A DNA stretch of 64,000 nucleotides from Paracoccaceae bacterium (GCA_009773375.1 WRPH01000002.1:34640-98639), one strand, 5' to 3'. Numbered from the stretch's first letter, positions 10,399 to 19,331 are shown. A program made the numbers and translations. Notes: generated from the sequence alone by a model not told the origin.

Positions 10399-10557
10399 GG
10401 CCAAGCCAGCGGTGCGTGAAAGCGCGACTTTCGCGCTGCGAAAGCCACACCGTCACACACCCTACCATCATGTTGCGATGGTTAACGGCTGATGAAGACA
10501 AGCTTGCAAGCCTTTGATTCTATGTAAACCGGCCCATGTCCACATGTGGACACGCCC

Positions 10558-11664
10558 CTATCGCGCCAACTCCGAAGCCATTCCCGCCACCGGATGCAGC
10601 ACGATCTGAGTCGCATTCTGAACCGTCAAGACCACCCCCGGCAGCAGCCCGACCCGCGCTTGCCGGTCCGCCTCAAACGCGCCCTCAAGGTCGGCAATCC
10701 GGTCCAGAAGCAGGATCAACGCCGCTGAATCCCCGACCGTGAAATGCCCCGCCCCTTCCGAGAACGCACCAACATCCAGGAAGGTCACCTTCAGGTCAGC
10801 CACTTTCGAGACATCCGAAAGCGACCCCAACCGCTCTTCCTGCCCGGTCAGCATCGCGGAAATTCGCAGAAATCTGTCACGGTCCGACCCGAAGATCACA
10901 AACGGCTGCGGCAGCCCGCCCATTTCGTGCGCGCTTCTTTTGAAGACATCAACATCAATATCCGGCGAAATCAGGATCACCCCGCCAACCAGATCCAGCG
11001 CCCGCCGACCGCCCCGGATCGCCGTCTGCCGCAGCGCCTCCATCGTCAGCCCTGCCCCCATCGAGTGCGCCACCAGCAAGATCCGCGTCGCCCCGGCCGC
11101 CGCAACCTCCTGCATCAGCGACTCCAGCCCATCGCGTGCAAACAGGGCGGAATCGCGATCATAGGCGTAGCCCAGCGGTTCTGCGGCCGAGGGCCAGGCA
11201 TAGTGAACCACCACCCCCGGCAGCTGCAGATCATGCGCGAACTGGGCGACCCGATATAGCCCTTCGGAGAAATTGTTGTTGTAGCCGTGGATGAAAATTA
11301 CCGCCTCGCCGCCATTTCGGGCCAGTTCGTCATGCAAGTCACTGCGGAACGGGGTGTTGGAGGGGTAGATGACCTGATCGGTGGTCAGGAAGTGTTTGGC
11401 TGGATTTGCCTTGCCGTGCCGTGGCGGCCAGTTGATCTCGCCCAGTTTGCGGTTTGGTGGCACTGAAATATCGAAACGGGCAAAGTGGACCTTTTCCGAT
11501 CTCTTGCTGCTGAAAGCCCCGTTTTGATCCTGAGCGCGGGTGGTGGCGACAAAGATTTGTTCCACCTGCCCGACCAAACTCGCCTGCGGGGCAAGGGTCA
11601 TGGTGCCGCGTGGGGTGCAGGCTATCAGGAGGGTCAGGCTGAGGGTCAGCAGAAGGCGGGTCAT
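10558..11664 (-). CDS. Alpha/beta hydrolase (DUF900-type) predicted lipoprotein
   Basis: Lipobox LLIAC; IFVATTR; FIHGYNNNF; AHSMG nucleophile elbow; SPDIDVDVF. Confidence 0.85.
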   Translation of the reverse strand: MTRLLLTLSLTLLIACTPRGTMTLAPQASLVGQVEQIFVATTRAQDQNGAFSSKRSEKVHFARFDISVPPNRKLGEINWPPRHGKANPAKHFLTTDQVIYPSNTPFRSDLHDELARNGGEAVIFIHGYNNNFSEGLYRVAQFAHDLQLPGVVVHYAWPSAAEPLGYAYDRDSALFARDGLESLMQEVAAAGATRILLVAHSMGAGLTMEALRQTAIRGGRRALDLVGGVILISPDIDVDVFKRSAHEMGGLPQPFVIFGSDRDRFLRISAMLTGQEERLGSLSDVSKVADLKVTFLDVGAFSEGAGHFTVGDSAALILLLDRIADLEGAFEADRQARVGLLPGVVLTVQNATQIVLHPVAGMASELAR

Positions 11665-11953
11665 TCGGGCTCTTTCTGCGTGGGAATGGGGGCTTTTTGG
11701 GCGAGAGGCGCGGCGTGCTGGTTTGGGGGATCGACAGGGCGGGTCCACGCGGGGACGCGAATTATATCATATTAAAACAATGGATTAGATTCTGCCCTTC
11801 ATCTTTTGTTAAGGTTTGCCACACCCCATGCTGCTGCCAAAGGCAAGCCGCGTGCGCAAATATCTCTGTATAGCGTCGCAGGAACCGGGCCGCGATACAA
11901 GACCAAGGTCAGTTGGTTTTTGCGGCGGGACAAGGCAGCTGAAAGCCCAAGGG

Positions 11954-13534
11954 CTACCAGTCTTCATCCAGACGCAGCTGTTGTGGGGCTGATGTGTCGC
12001 CAGCCCAGCCTTTTTGCCTCGCCAGAAACACCTTTGCTGCGTCCGTAATGCTTTGGCGATGTTCGGGGGTCATTTTCGACAAGGTTCGATACGGCAGGGC
12101 CATGCGCGGATTAGGCGAAAGCACCGCCTGATTTTCGATCAGAAAATTCCAATAGAGATAGTTGAACGGGCAGGCGCGCGGGCCGAGTTTCTGCTTTGGG
12201 TCAAAGGCGCAGCCGCTGCAATAATCCGACATCCGATCGATATAGGCGCCGGATGCCGCGTAGGGTTTTGATCCCAGCCGGCCGCCATCGGCATGCAGCA
12301 CCATGCCGTGCGTGTTGGGCAATTCAACCCAATCGAAGGCGTCGATATAGACGGCCAGATACCAGTCTTCGATCTGCGCGGGGGCAATTCCGGCCAGAAG
12401 CGCGAAATTGCCGGTGACCATCAGCCGCTGGATGTGATGGGCGTAGGCGGTGCGGCGGGTGGTGTCGATGCACTGCGCCATGCAGCGCATCGGGGTATCG
12501 CCGGTCCAGTAGAAAGCGGGCAAATCGCGCTGGGCGTTCAGGTGGTTGGTCTGAGCATAGTCGGGCATTTCCGTCCAGTAGACGCCGCGCACGAATTCGC
12601 GCCAGCCCAGCACCTGCCGGATGAAGCCTTCGACCGCATTCAGCGGCGCGTCACCTGCGTGATAGGCCGCCTCGGCGCGGGTGCAGACCTCGCGCGCGGT
12701 CAGCAGGCCAAGGTTCAGGTAGGGCGAGATCAGGCTGTGATACAGAAAATCCTCGCCCGTTTTCATCGCATCCTGATAGTCGCCGAACTGCGGCAGCGCA
12801 TCGGTGATGAAGTGATCCAGCGCTTGCAGGGCATCCTCGCGGGTGACGGCCCAGCCAAAGGGTTCTAGATCGCCGAAATGCTCGGGGAAGCGGCTGGCAA
12901 CCATATCCAGCACCGCGCGGGTGGTGGCATCGGGGGTAAAGCGCTGCCGGGCAGGCGGGCGGTGGCCGCGCGGCAGGGATTTGCGGTTTTCGGGATCGAA
13001 ATTCCACTGGCCGCCTTCAGGACCATCGGCGCGCATCAGGATGCCGCTGCGACGGCGCATCTCGCGGTAGAAAAACTCCATCCGGCTGACCTTGCGGGCG
13101 CGGGACAGACTGGCGAAATCGGCGCGTGAACAGAAAAAGCGGTCGTCAGCGCAGATATCGACGGGCTGGCCAAGGCTGGCTTGCCAGCCCTGCATCATTT
13201 GCCAGACCCGCCATTCACCGGGTTCGGTGGTGATGACAGAGGCGGGCGCGTGGCGGGTGATGGCACGGGCCAGTTCGGTGGTGAAGTTGTGGGTGTTGGC
13301 CGGGTCTTCCAGCGTGACGTAATCGACAGCGATGCCGTCGGCGCGCAGGCTTTCGGCAAAATGGCGCATCGCGGAAAGCACCAGCACCAGCTTTTGCTTG
13401 TGGTGGCGGACATAGGTGGCCTCGTCGGCAACCTCGACCATCAGGACTATGTCGCGCGCGGGGTCGAGATCGGACAGCGCCGACAGATCGCGGGTCAACT
13501 GATCGCCAAGGATGAAACGCAAACGCCCGGTCAT
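11954..13534 (-). CDS. cryB: FeS-BCP cryptochrome/(6-4) photolyase, CryB/PhrB type
   Basis: [47 protein letters not shown], FeS cysteines MRC and SDYCSGC...ACPFN. Confidence 0.9.
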   Translation of the reverse strand: MTGRLRFILGDQLTRDLSALSDLDPARDIVLMVEVADEATYVRHHKQKLVLVLSAMRHFAESLRADGIAVDYVTLEDPANTHNFTTELARAITRHAPASVITTEPGEWRVWQMMQGWQASLGQPVDICADDRFFCSRADFASLSRARKVSRMEFFYREMRRRSGILMRADGPEGGQWNFDPENRKSLPRGHRPPARQRFTPDATTRAVLDMVASRFPEHFGDLEPFGWAVTREDALQALDHFITDALPQFGDYQDAMKTGEDFLYHSLISPYLNLGLLTAREVCTRAEAAYHAGDAPLNAVEGFIRQVLGWREFVRGVYWTEMPDYAQTNHLNAQRDLPAFYWTGDTPMRCMAQCIDTTRRTAYAHHIQRLMVTGNFALLAGIAPAQIEDWYLAVYIDAFDWVELPNTHGMVLHADGGRLGSKPYAASGAYIDRMSDYCSGCAFDPKQKLGPRACPFNYLYWNFLIENQAVLSPNPRMALPYRTLSKMTPEHRQSITDAAKVFLARQKGWAGDTSAPQQLRLDEDW

Positions 13535-13692
13535 GCGGCGAAACCGCCGGGGGTTTTGGCGGATCGGCAGCGGTCCGAGCAATGTTTGACATTTTCCCAG
13601 TCGCGTTGCCATTTCTTGCGCCAGCTAAACGGCAAGCCGCAGACGGCGCAAATCTTGCTGGGCAGGTCGGATTTCTTGCGCATCTTTGCCAT
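13531..13692 (-). CDS. DUF2256 family small Cys-rich protein
   Basis: [32 protein letters not shown]; 4-nt ATGA overlap with cryB start. Confidence 0.88.
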   Translation of the reverse strand: MAKMRKKSDLPSKICAVCGLPFSWRKKWQRDWENVKHCSDRCRSAKTPGGFAA

Positions 13693-13723
13693 GGTTGCCA
13701 GTCGAAATTGGTTCAAGACGGGG

Positions 13724-13751
13724 ATATGGCCCGGTTGGCCGGGGCATCAAG
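13724..13751 (-). promoter_or_regulatory. RpoH-type promoter for DUF2256-cryB
   Basis: Reverse strand CTTG-N18-CCATAT (13751 to 13724). Confidence 0.6.
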
Positions 13752-13780
13752 GCCAAGCTTCTGTTTTGTCGCATATTGAC

Positions 13781-13795
13781 GAACATTTGCAGAAC
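13781..13795 (+). promoter_or_regulatory. Alphaproteobacterial LexA (SOS) box
   Basis: GAAC-ATTTGCA-GAAC (perfect GAAC-N7-GAAC), overlapping a TTGACG -35 (13776-13781), 15 nt before the radical SAM start. Confidence 0.85.
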
Positions 13796-13810
13796 GCTAG
13801 GTATTGCGGC

Positions 13811-15043
13811 ATGGCAAAGATGACCCTTCAGGACAAGCTGGCGATCCTATCGGATGCGGCGAAATATGATGCCTCCTGTGCTTCGTCGGGGGGAGAAAAG
13901 CGCGATGCCCGCAAGGGTGGCGTTGGCTCGGCAGGGGGCAGCGGCATCTGCCATGCCTATACGCCGGACGGGCGCTGCATTTCGTTGCTGAAGATCCTGA
14001 TGACGAATTTCTGCGTCTTTGACTGCGCCTATTGCATCAATCGGGTGTCTTCCAATGTCGAACGCGCGCGGTTTTCGGTTGAGGAAGTGGTGACGCTGAC
14101 GTTGGAGTTTTACCGGCGCAATTACATCGAGGGGCTGTTTTTGTCGTCGGGGATCATTCGGTCGCCCGATCAGACGATGGCCGATATGGTGCGGATCGCG
14201 CAGACACTGCGCGAGGAGCACGGGTTTCGGGGGTATATCCACCTGAAGACCATCCCCGATGCAGCGCCCGAACTGATCCGCGCGGCGGGACTTTATGCGG
14301 ATCGTTTGTCGATCAATGTGGAACTGCCGCAGGATGCCAGCCTGCGGAAACTCGCGCCGGAAAAGCGCCCTGAGACCATTCGCGCCGCCATGGCGCAGGT
14401 GCGGCTGGAAGGGGAGGCGGCGAAAGATGTGTCGCATACCGGCAAGAAGGCGCGGCGATTTGCGCCTGCCGGGCAAAGCACGCAGATGATCATTGGCGCG
14501 GATGGCGCGGATGATGTGACGATCCTGACCAGTGCGACGCGGCTTTACACCGGCTACAAGCTGCGGCGGGTGTATTATTCGGCGTTTTCGCCGATCCCGG
14601 ACGCCTCGGCCGCGTTGCCGCTGATCCAGCCGCCGCTGCTGCGCGAACATCGGCTGTATCAGGCGGACTGGCTGCTGCGGTTTTATGGTTTCAGCGCTGA
14701 GGAAATCGCCACGGGTGCGAAGGCGGGGCATCTGGATCTGGAGCTGGACCCGAAACTGGCCTGGGCGTTGCAGCACCGGGGTATGTTCCCGCTGGATGTG
14801 AACCTGGCTACGCGAGAGATGCTGCTGCGTGTGCCGGGCTTTGGCACCCGCACGGTGGACCGGATCATCGCCGCCCGCAGGCATCACGCCTTGCGCTATG
14901 AGGATCTGGTTCGCATCGGTGCGCTGATGAAAAAAGCGCGGCCTTTCATCAGCTTGCCGGGTTGGTCGCCCGCTGGATTGACCGACAGCGCCGAACTGCG
15001 CGCGCGCTTCGCGCCGCCACCCGAACAGTTGCGTTTGCTGTGA
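13811..15043 (+). CDS. Putative DNA modification/repair radical SAM protein with C-terminal HhH (TIGR03916-like)
   Basis: LSDAAKYDASCASS, GICHAYTPDGRCISLLK, CxxxCxxC (CVFDCAYC), YIEGLFLSSG, REHRLYQADWLLRFYGF, HhH LLRVPGFG, terminal EQLRLL. Confidence 0.9.
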   Translation: MAKMTLQDKLAILSDAAKYDASCASSGGEKRDARKGGVGSAGGSGICHAYTPDGRCISLLKILMTNFCVFDCAYCINRVSSNVERARFSVEEVVTLTLEFYRRNYIEGLFLSSGIIRSPDQTMADMVRIAQTLREEHGFRGYIHLKTIPDAAPELIRAAGLYADRLSINVELPQDASLRKLAPEKRPETIRAAMAQVRLEGEAAKDVSHTGKKARRFAPAGQSTQMIIGADGADDVTILTSATRLYTGYKLRRVYYSAFSPIPDASAALPLIQPPLLREHRLYQADWLLRFYGFSAEEIATGAKAGHLDLELDPKLAWALQHRGMFPLDVNLATREMLLRVPGFGTRTVDRIIAARRHHALRYEDLVRIGALMKKARPFISLPGWSPAGLTDSAELRARFAPPPEQLRLL

Positions 15044-16476
15044 GTTACGGGGTTACGCTGCCCGAGCGCGACATCTTTGACGCCTGGCGCGTGGCTGCAC
15101 GGGTGGCGATTTCGCATCGCATTCCACCGGATCAGATCGACTGGACGGGCGGCGGCGGGCTGTTTGTGGCGGCGGCTTTGCCCGATGATCCCGGCCCACA
15201 TCAGGCGCGGGTGCCGGAGGGCTTTGTCAGGCTCGCCGGGTCGGTGATCTGGCATTCGGCACCGGAACGGCTGCCACTGTTGTATCAGGCGCTGTGGCGG
15301 CTGGATCGGCGTGACGGCGATCCGCTGTCGCAGGCCGATGCGTTGGGGCGCAGACTGCACCTGTTGGCGAAATCTGTCGGTCGCGATATTCACAAGATGC
15401 ATGCCTTCGTGCGGTTCCGTGAATGCCCGTCGAATGGCCCGCGCCGCCGCTTTGCCGCGTGGTTTGAGCCGGAACACAACACGCTGGAGCCGGGCAGCCG
15501 CTTTTTTGTCAAACGGTTTGCCGATATGGACTGGTTGATTGCCACGCCGCGTCAGACTGCGCATTTTCAGGATGGTGCGCTAAGCTTCGGGCCTGCAGGT
15601 GCGCGGCCAGATCTGCCTGAAGATGCGTCAGAGTCGCTGTGGGCGACCTATTTTGCCAATATCTTCAACCCGGCGCGGGTCAAACTGGCTGCGATGCGAT
15701 CCGAGATGCCGAAGAAATACTGGAAGAACCTGCCTGAAACCAGACTGATCCCTGCGATGCTGAAAGATGCCGAGGCGCGGGTACAGCGTATGCGCGAGGC
15801 GGGCGCTACGGCGGCGCGACCGGGTGCTGCGGCAATCTCTACCCGCTATAGCAGCACGATGCCGCAAGACCCAAACCTGCCCGAAACGCTGGCAGCGGCC
15901 TGCAGCGCCGCGAAGGGCTGCCGCCGCTGTGGCCTGTGCGAGGCGGCGACGCAGACCGTCTGGGGCGAGGGGGCGGCCGATGCGGCGCTGATGATTGTGG
16001 GGGAACAGCCCGGCGACCGCGAAGACCTTGCGGGCCGCCCGTTTGTCGGGCCAGCCGGGCAGCTGCTGCGGCAGGCGATGGCAGAGACAGGCGTTGATCC
16101 GGAGCGGGTCTGGCTGACAAACGCCGTGAAGCATTTCAAATTCATCCCGCGCGGCAAGCAGCGGCTGCACCAATCCCCCGACCGGCAAGAGATCGTGCAT
16201 TGCCGCTGGTGGTTGGGGCTTGAGATCGGGTTTATCCAGCCCCGTCTGACGGTTGCGCTGGGCGCTTCGGCGGCTTTTGCACTGACCGATAACGCTGCAC
16301 CGCTGGCAGACAGGCGCGGGAAGGTGGAAATCGGCCTGCACGACGGGCCGGTGCTGATGTCGTGGCACCCTTCCTACATCCTGCGACTTGCAGACCGGGC
16401 GCAGAAAGATCAGGCGCAGCAGCAGTTGACTGAAGATCTGGGCTTTGCGTTGCGCATGGTGCGAAACGAGGAATGA
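15040..16476 (+). CDS. DUF4130 (TIGR03915-like)-UdgX uracil-DNA binding protein fusion
   Basis: N-half DIHKMHAFVRF, WFEPEH, FFVKRFADM.W.I.TP, LWATYF, AMRSEMPKKYWKNLPE; C-half CRRCGLC, GEQPGDRED, PFVGPAG, NAVKHFKF, RGKQRLHQSP, HCRWWL, WHPSYILR; GTGA overlap with upstream stop. Confidence 0.88.
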   Translation: MSYGVTLPERDIFDAWRVAARVAISHRIPPDQIDWTGGGGLFVAAALPDDPGPHQARVPEGFVRLAGSVIWHSAPERLPLLYQALWRLDRRDGDPLSQADALGRRLHLLAKSVGRDIHKMHAFVRFRECPSNGPRRRFAAWFEPEHNTLEPGSRFFVKRFADMDWLIATPRQTAHFQDGALSFGPAGARPDLPEDASESLWATYFANIFNPARVKLAAMRSEMPKKYWKNLPETRLIPAMLKDAEARVQRMREAGATAARPGAAAISTRYSSTMPQDPNLPETLAAACSAAKGCRRCGLCEAATQTVWGEGAADAALMIVGEQPGDREDLAGRPFVGPAGQLLRQAMAETGVDPERVWLTNAVKHFKFIPRGKQRLHQSPDRQEIVHCRWWLGLEIGFIQPRLTVALGASAAFALTDNAAPLADRRGKVEIGLHDGPVLMSWHPSYILRLADRAQKDQAQQQLTEDLGFALRMVRNEE

Positions 16477-16605
16477 CGCGAAGGCGCCACGTTCGCGAAC
16501 AACATTCGCCCGCGCCACCGCTAAGGCGTGAAACCGTTGTCACGGCGTAAGTCACACAAGGCACGCGACTGCGTTGGCGTGATATTCAGAAAAATTTGAA
16601 AGAAG

Positions 16606-16681
16606 TGGTGCCGCTGAAGAGACTCGAACTCCCGACCCCATCATTACGAATGACGTGCTCTACCAGCTGAGCTACAGCGGC
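16606..16681 (-). tRNA. tRNA-Thr(CGT)
   Basis: Reverse strand GCCGCTGTAGCTCAGCTGGTAGAGCACGTCATT-CGT-AATGATGGGGTCGGGAGTTCGAGTCTCTTCAGCGGCACCA; 76 nt, encoded CCA. Confidence 0.95.
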
Positions 16682-16754
16682 CCGCGCCCCTCATATGGCG
16701 ATGGCTGCGGTTCGTCAACCCGGAACCGCAGCGCGTTTGTGACTTTCGCGCCGA

Positions 16755-18224
16755 TCAATTTGCGCTGCGGGCGACGGCGGCGAGGTCGATGATTTCCGGA
16801 TCGGACTCGGGCGTGACTTTCGGCGGTGTGGTTGAGGGAATCACCGGCTCGTTGACCAGCAGTGGCAGCAGCTCGGCCCCGGTGGCGCTGGCGCCGTGGG
16901 TTTCCACCGGGTCGCGCCACGACAGGGTGTCAAAGCCGCCGCAGTTTTCGCAAATTGGCTGCCAAGTCGCATGGATCGCCTGACATTTGTCGCAGCACCA
17001 CTGCGGGCCGCGCGGCGCGGTCAGCGCCTTGGACAGCCAGCCGCGTACGACGGCCTCATCACTGCCTTCGCCGCGTTCGATGGCGGCCATGATCGCCAGC
17101 GCGCGCTGTGTCGGATGGCGGGTGACGATATCACCCAGCGCGCGGCGGGCGTCGGGATATTCCTCGGCGGTGATGTTCAGCTCGGCCAGCAGCAGGCGGG
17201 TCTCATCGTGGTCGGGGTGCAGGGCGGTCAGGGTGCGGAAGCGTTTCAGCCGTTCCTGCGGGATTTCATCGGGTTCAATTTCGGCGAAAGCGGCGGCGAG
17301 TTCGGGGTGGGGCCGCACCTCCCACGCCTTTTTCAGCACACGGGTGGCGGATTTCTTGTCGCCCCTGTCGATCAGTCCGCGCGCGGCCAGCACGGCGGCG
17401 GGGATCAGATCGGGTGATTGCCGGTTGGCCTCGATCGCGGCGTCGCGGGATTCGGCGGTGGCGGTTTCGTCCATCACGCCGCGCGCCTCTTGCAAGGCGA
17501 GCACGGCATCGCGGCGGCGGTAAACGTCCTTCGGCAGCGCACCAGCTTTCAACTTGGCCCCCAAGGTGGCGCGGGCACCTTTCCAATCAGCTTTTTCTGA
17601 TTGCAGTTTCAGCAAGATATCCTGTGTTTCTGCATGTTTGGGTTTCAGCGCAAAAGCCTTTTCCGCAAGGGCGAGCGCGGTATCGGTATCGCCCTCGACC
17701 AGCTTTTGTTTCAGCAGGCCACGGATGCCGACAAAGCGGGTGGCCTCGGTCGCCAGAAGCGTCTTGTAGGCTTCGGTTGCGCGTTTGCCATCGCCTGCGG
17801 CCTCGGCGGCTTGGGCGACCAGCAGCGTCGTCAGTTCCGGGCGTTCCAGATATTTCTCGGCGCGTTGGGCGCGGATCAGCGCGAGGCGGCCTTCGCCGGA
17901 AGCCAGCGCAAGCAAGCCTTCGGTCAGCGCCTGATAGCCCTTGCGTTCGCGGTTGCGGTCGAAATAGCGTGAAATTGCGGTTTCATCGCCGTTCAGAAAG
18001 CGCAGGGTGGCGACGATGAAGCCGACCAGCTTCATCACCGTCCAGAGTGCTACCACCAGAACCAGCAGCAGAATGGCGGTTTGTAGCGGACCAAGGGTGA
18101 ATTCCCAGCCAGCCACGGCGATGCGGACGCCTTCCTCGTTATGCAGCAGCACATCGGCACCAAAGGTCAGCGCGGCGATGGCAATGATGAACAGCAGAAC
18201 CTTGAGCAAAGACCAGATCATCAT
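16755..18224 (-). CDS. HemY_N/TPR membrane protein (Orf52-like; usually annotated heme biosynthesis protein HemY)
   Basis: Two N-terminal TMs, TPR-like helical repeats, C-terminal WCCDKC...CENCGGFDTLSW; follows COG4223 gene. Confidence 0.85.
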   Translation of the reverse strand: MMIWSLLKVLLFIIAIAALTFGADVLLHNEEGVRIAVAGWEFTLGPLQTAILLLVLVVALWTVMKLVGFIVATLRFLNGDETAISRYFDRNRERKGYQALTEGLLALASGEGRLALIRAQRAEKYLERPELTTLLVAQAAEAAGDGKRATEAYKTLLATEATRFVGIRGLLKQKLVEGDTDTALALAEKAFALKPKHAETQDILLKLQSEKADWKGARATLGAKLKAGALPKDVYRRRDAVLALQEARGVMDETATAESRDAAIEANRQSPDLIPAAVLAARGLIDRGDKKSATRVLKKAWEVRPHPELAAAFAEIEPDEIPQERLKRFRTLTALHPDHDETRLLLAELNITAEEYPDARRALGDIVTRHPTQRALAIMAAIERGEGSDEAVVRGWLSKALTAPRGPQWCCDKCQAIHATWQPICENCGGFDTLSWRDPVETHGASATGAELLPLLVNEPVIPSTTPPKVTPESDPEIIDLAAVARSAN

Positions 18225-18230
18225 ACGCCC

Positions 18231-19331
18231 CTATTCGCCAATCGTTGCGGCAAGACCCGCAACCGCCTGTTGTGCCGCCATGCGGATTTCCGCCGTGCTG
18301 CGCCAGCCTTGCAGCGCGGTCTGGGCTTCGGGCGGTAGTGCGGCGATCTCGGTCAGCGCGGTGGCAAGATCGCCGGTGGCCAAAGCGGCCTCGGCGCGCG
18401 ACAGGATCGCATCGGGATCGCTGCCTTCGCGTGGAGCCAGTGATCGCGCCCCGGTCTGGCTGCGCAAAAAGCTGGTGACACGGTCTGTCCAGCTTTCGCC
18501 CATATTGGCGCGCAAGGCGGCCTCCAGTGCGGCGCGGGCGGCCTCGGGGAAGCTGTCTTGCAGCGCGGCAAGGGTAGGCAGGCCGGTTGCGGCGTTGGCG
18601 GTCAGGATTTCCGGCACTTGACCCAACGCGGGCAGGGCGGCGGCATAGGCTGCACCACTATCCAACGCGGCTTGCAGGCGTCCCAGCGCGGCGCGGGACT
18701 CGGCGGTTTTGGCCATGGTTTCAGCGTCGGCCTTGATCTTGGCCGCCGCCATTTCAGCTTCTTTCAGCAGGGCCTCGCTGGCGGCGGTATCCACCACGGG
18801 CGCGGCGTTTTGCAGCGCCTGAAGTTGTGTCTGCAACTGCTTTATTGCGGCATCTTGCGCCGCCAAGACGGCAGACGAGGCACCATCGCCGTTGGTTGGC
18901 AGGGCTTCGATGGCGGTCAGGCGCGATTCCAGCGTAATCAGGCGGGTATCGAGCGGGGCCAGATCCGGTGGGGCGGTGGCTTCCAGCGCGGCGAGGCGCG
19001 TTTCCAGCCCGGCATCCCCCGATCTGGCGGCCAACTCCGCCAACTGCGTCTTGAGCATTGCGGTTTCCTGCTGCTGCGCCGTCAGGGCGGCTTGCAGCGC
19101 CGAGGTGTCCTGCAACGGCCAGCCGTTCGGCACATATTGTGCAAGCCCATAGCCAGCACCCGCTGCAATGACACCGCCGAGGATCGGGCCAAGCCAACCA
19201 CCTTTGGGCGTCTGTTTGGCAGGCGTGATTGCGGCCGGGGTTGGCTCTGGCTTCGCTGGCGGCTCTGGCCGGGTGGGCTCGATCATTTCCACCGGCGCGG
19301 CTTCAAGCTCGTTCGTCTCTGTATCAGCCAT
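18231..19331 (-). CDS. COG4223 / mitofilin-domain protein (alphaproteobacterial Mic60-like)
   Basis: Single TM, coiled coil, C-terminal GLPTLAALQDSF...ARSLAPREGSDPDAILSRAEAAL..GDL. Confidence 0.8.
   Translation of the reverse strand: MADTETNELEAAPVEMIEPTRPEPPAKPEPTPAAITPAKQTPKGGWLGPILGGVIAAGAGYGLAQYVPNGWPLQDTSALQAALTAQQQETAMLKTQLAELAARSGDAGLETRLAALEATAPPDLAPLDTRLITLESRLTAIEALPTNGDGASSAVLAAQDAAIKQLQTQLQALQNAAPVVDTAASEALLKEAEMAAAKIKADAETMAKTAESRAALGRLQAALDSGAAYAAALPALGQVPEILTANAATGLPTLAALQDSFPEAARAALEAALRANMGESWTDRVTSFLRSQTGARSLAPREGSDPDAILSRAEAALATGDLATALTEIAALPPEAQTALQGWRSTAEIRMAAQQAVAGLAATIGE

Noticed and set aside
11601-11609. TGGTGCCGC match to the tRNA-Thr 3' end as a possible att site
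   Set aside because: Only 9 nt, GC-rich, and inside the hydrolase coding region; no integrase in the window.
11750-11777. dif-like site (TCATATTAAAA resembles the XerD arm)
   Set aside because: The XerC arm does not match, and an origin-proximal location argues against dif.
13181-13810. N-terminal extension making the radical SAM ORF 620 aa
   Set aside because: The extension overlaps cryB and DUF2256 on the other strand; family homology and the promoter/LexA box point to ATG 13811.
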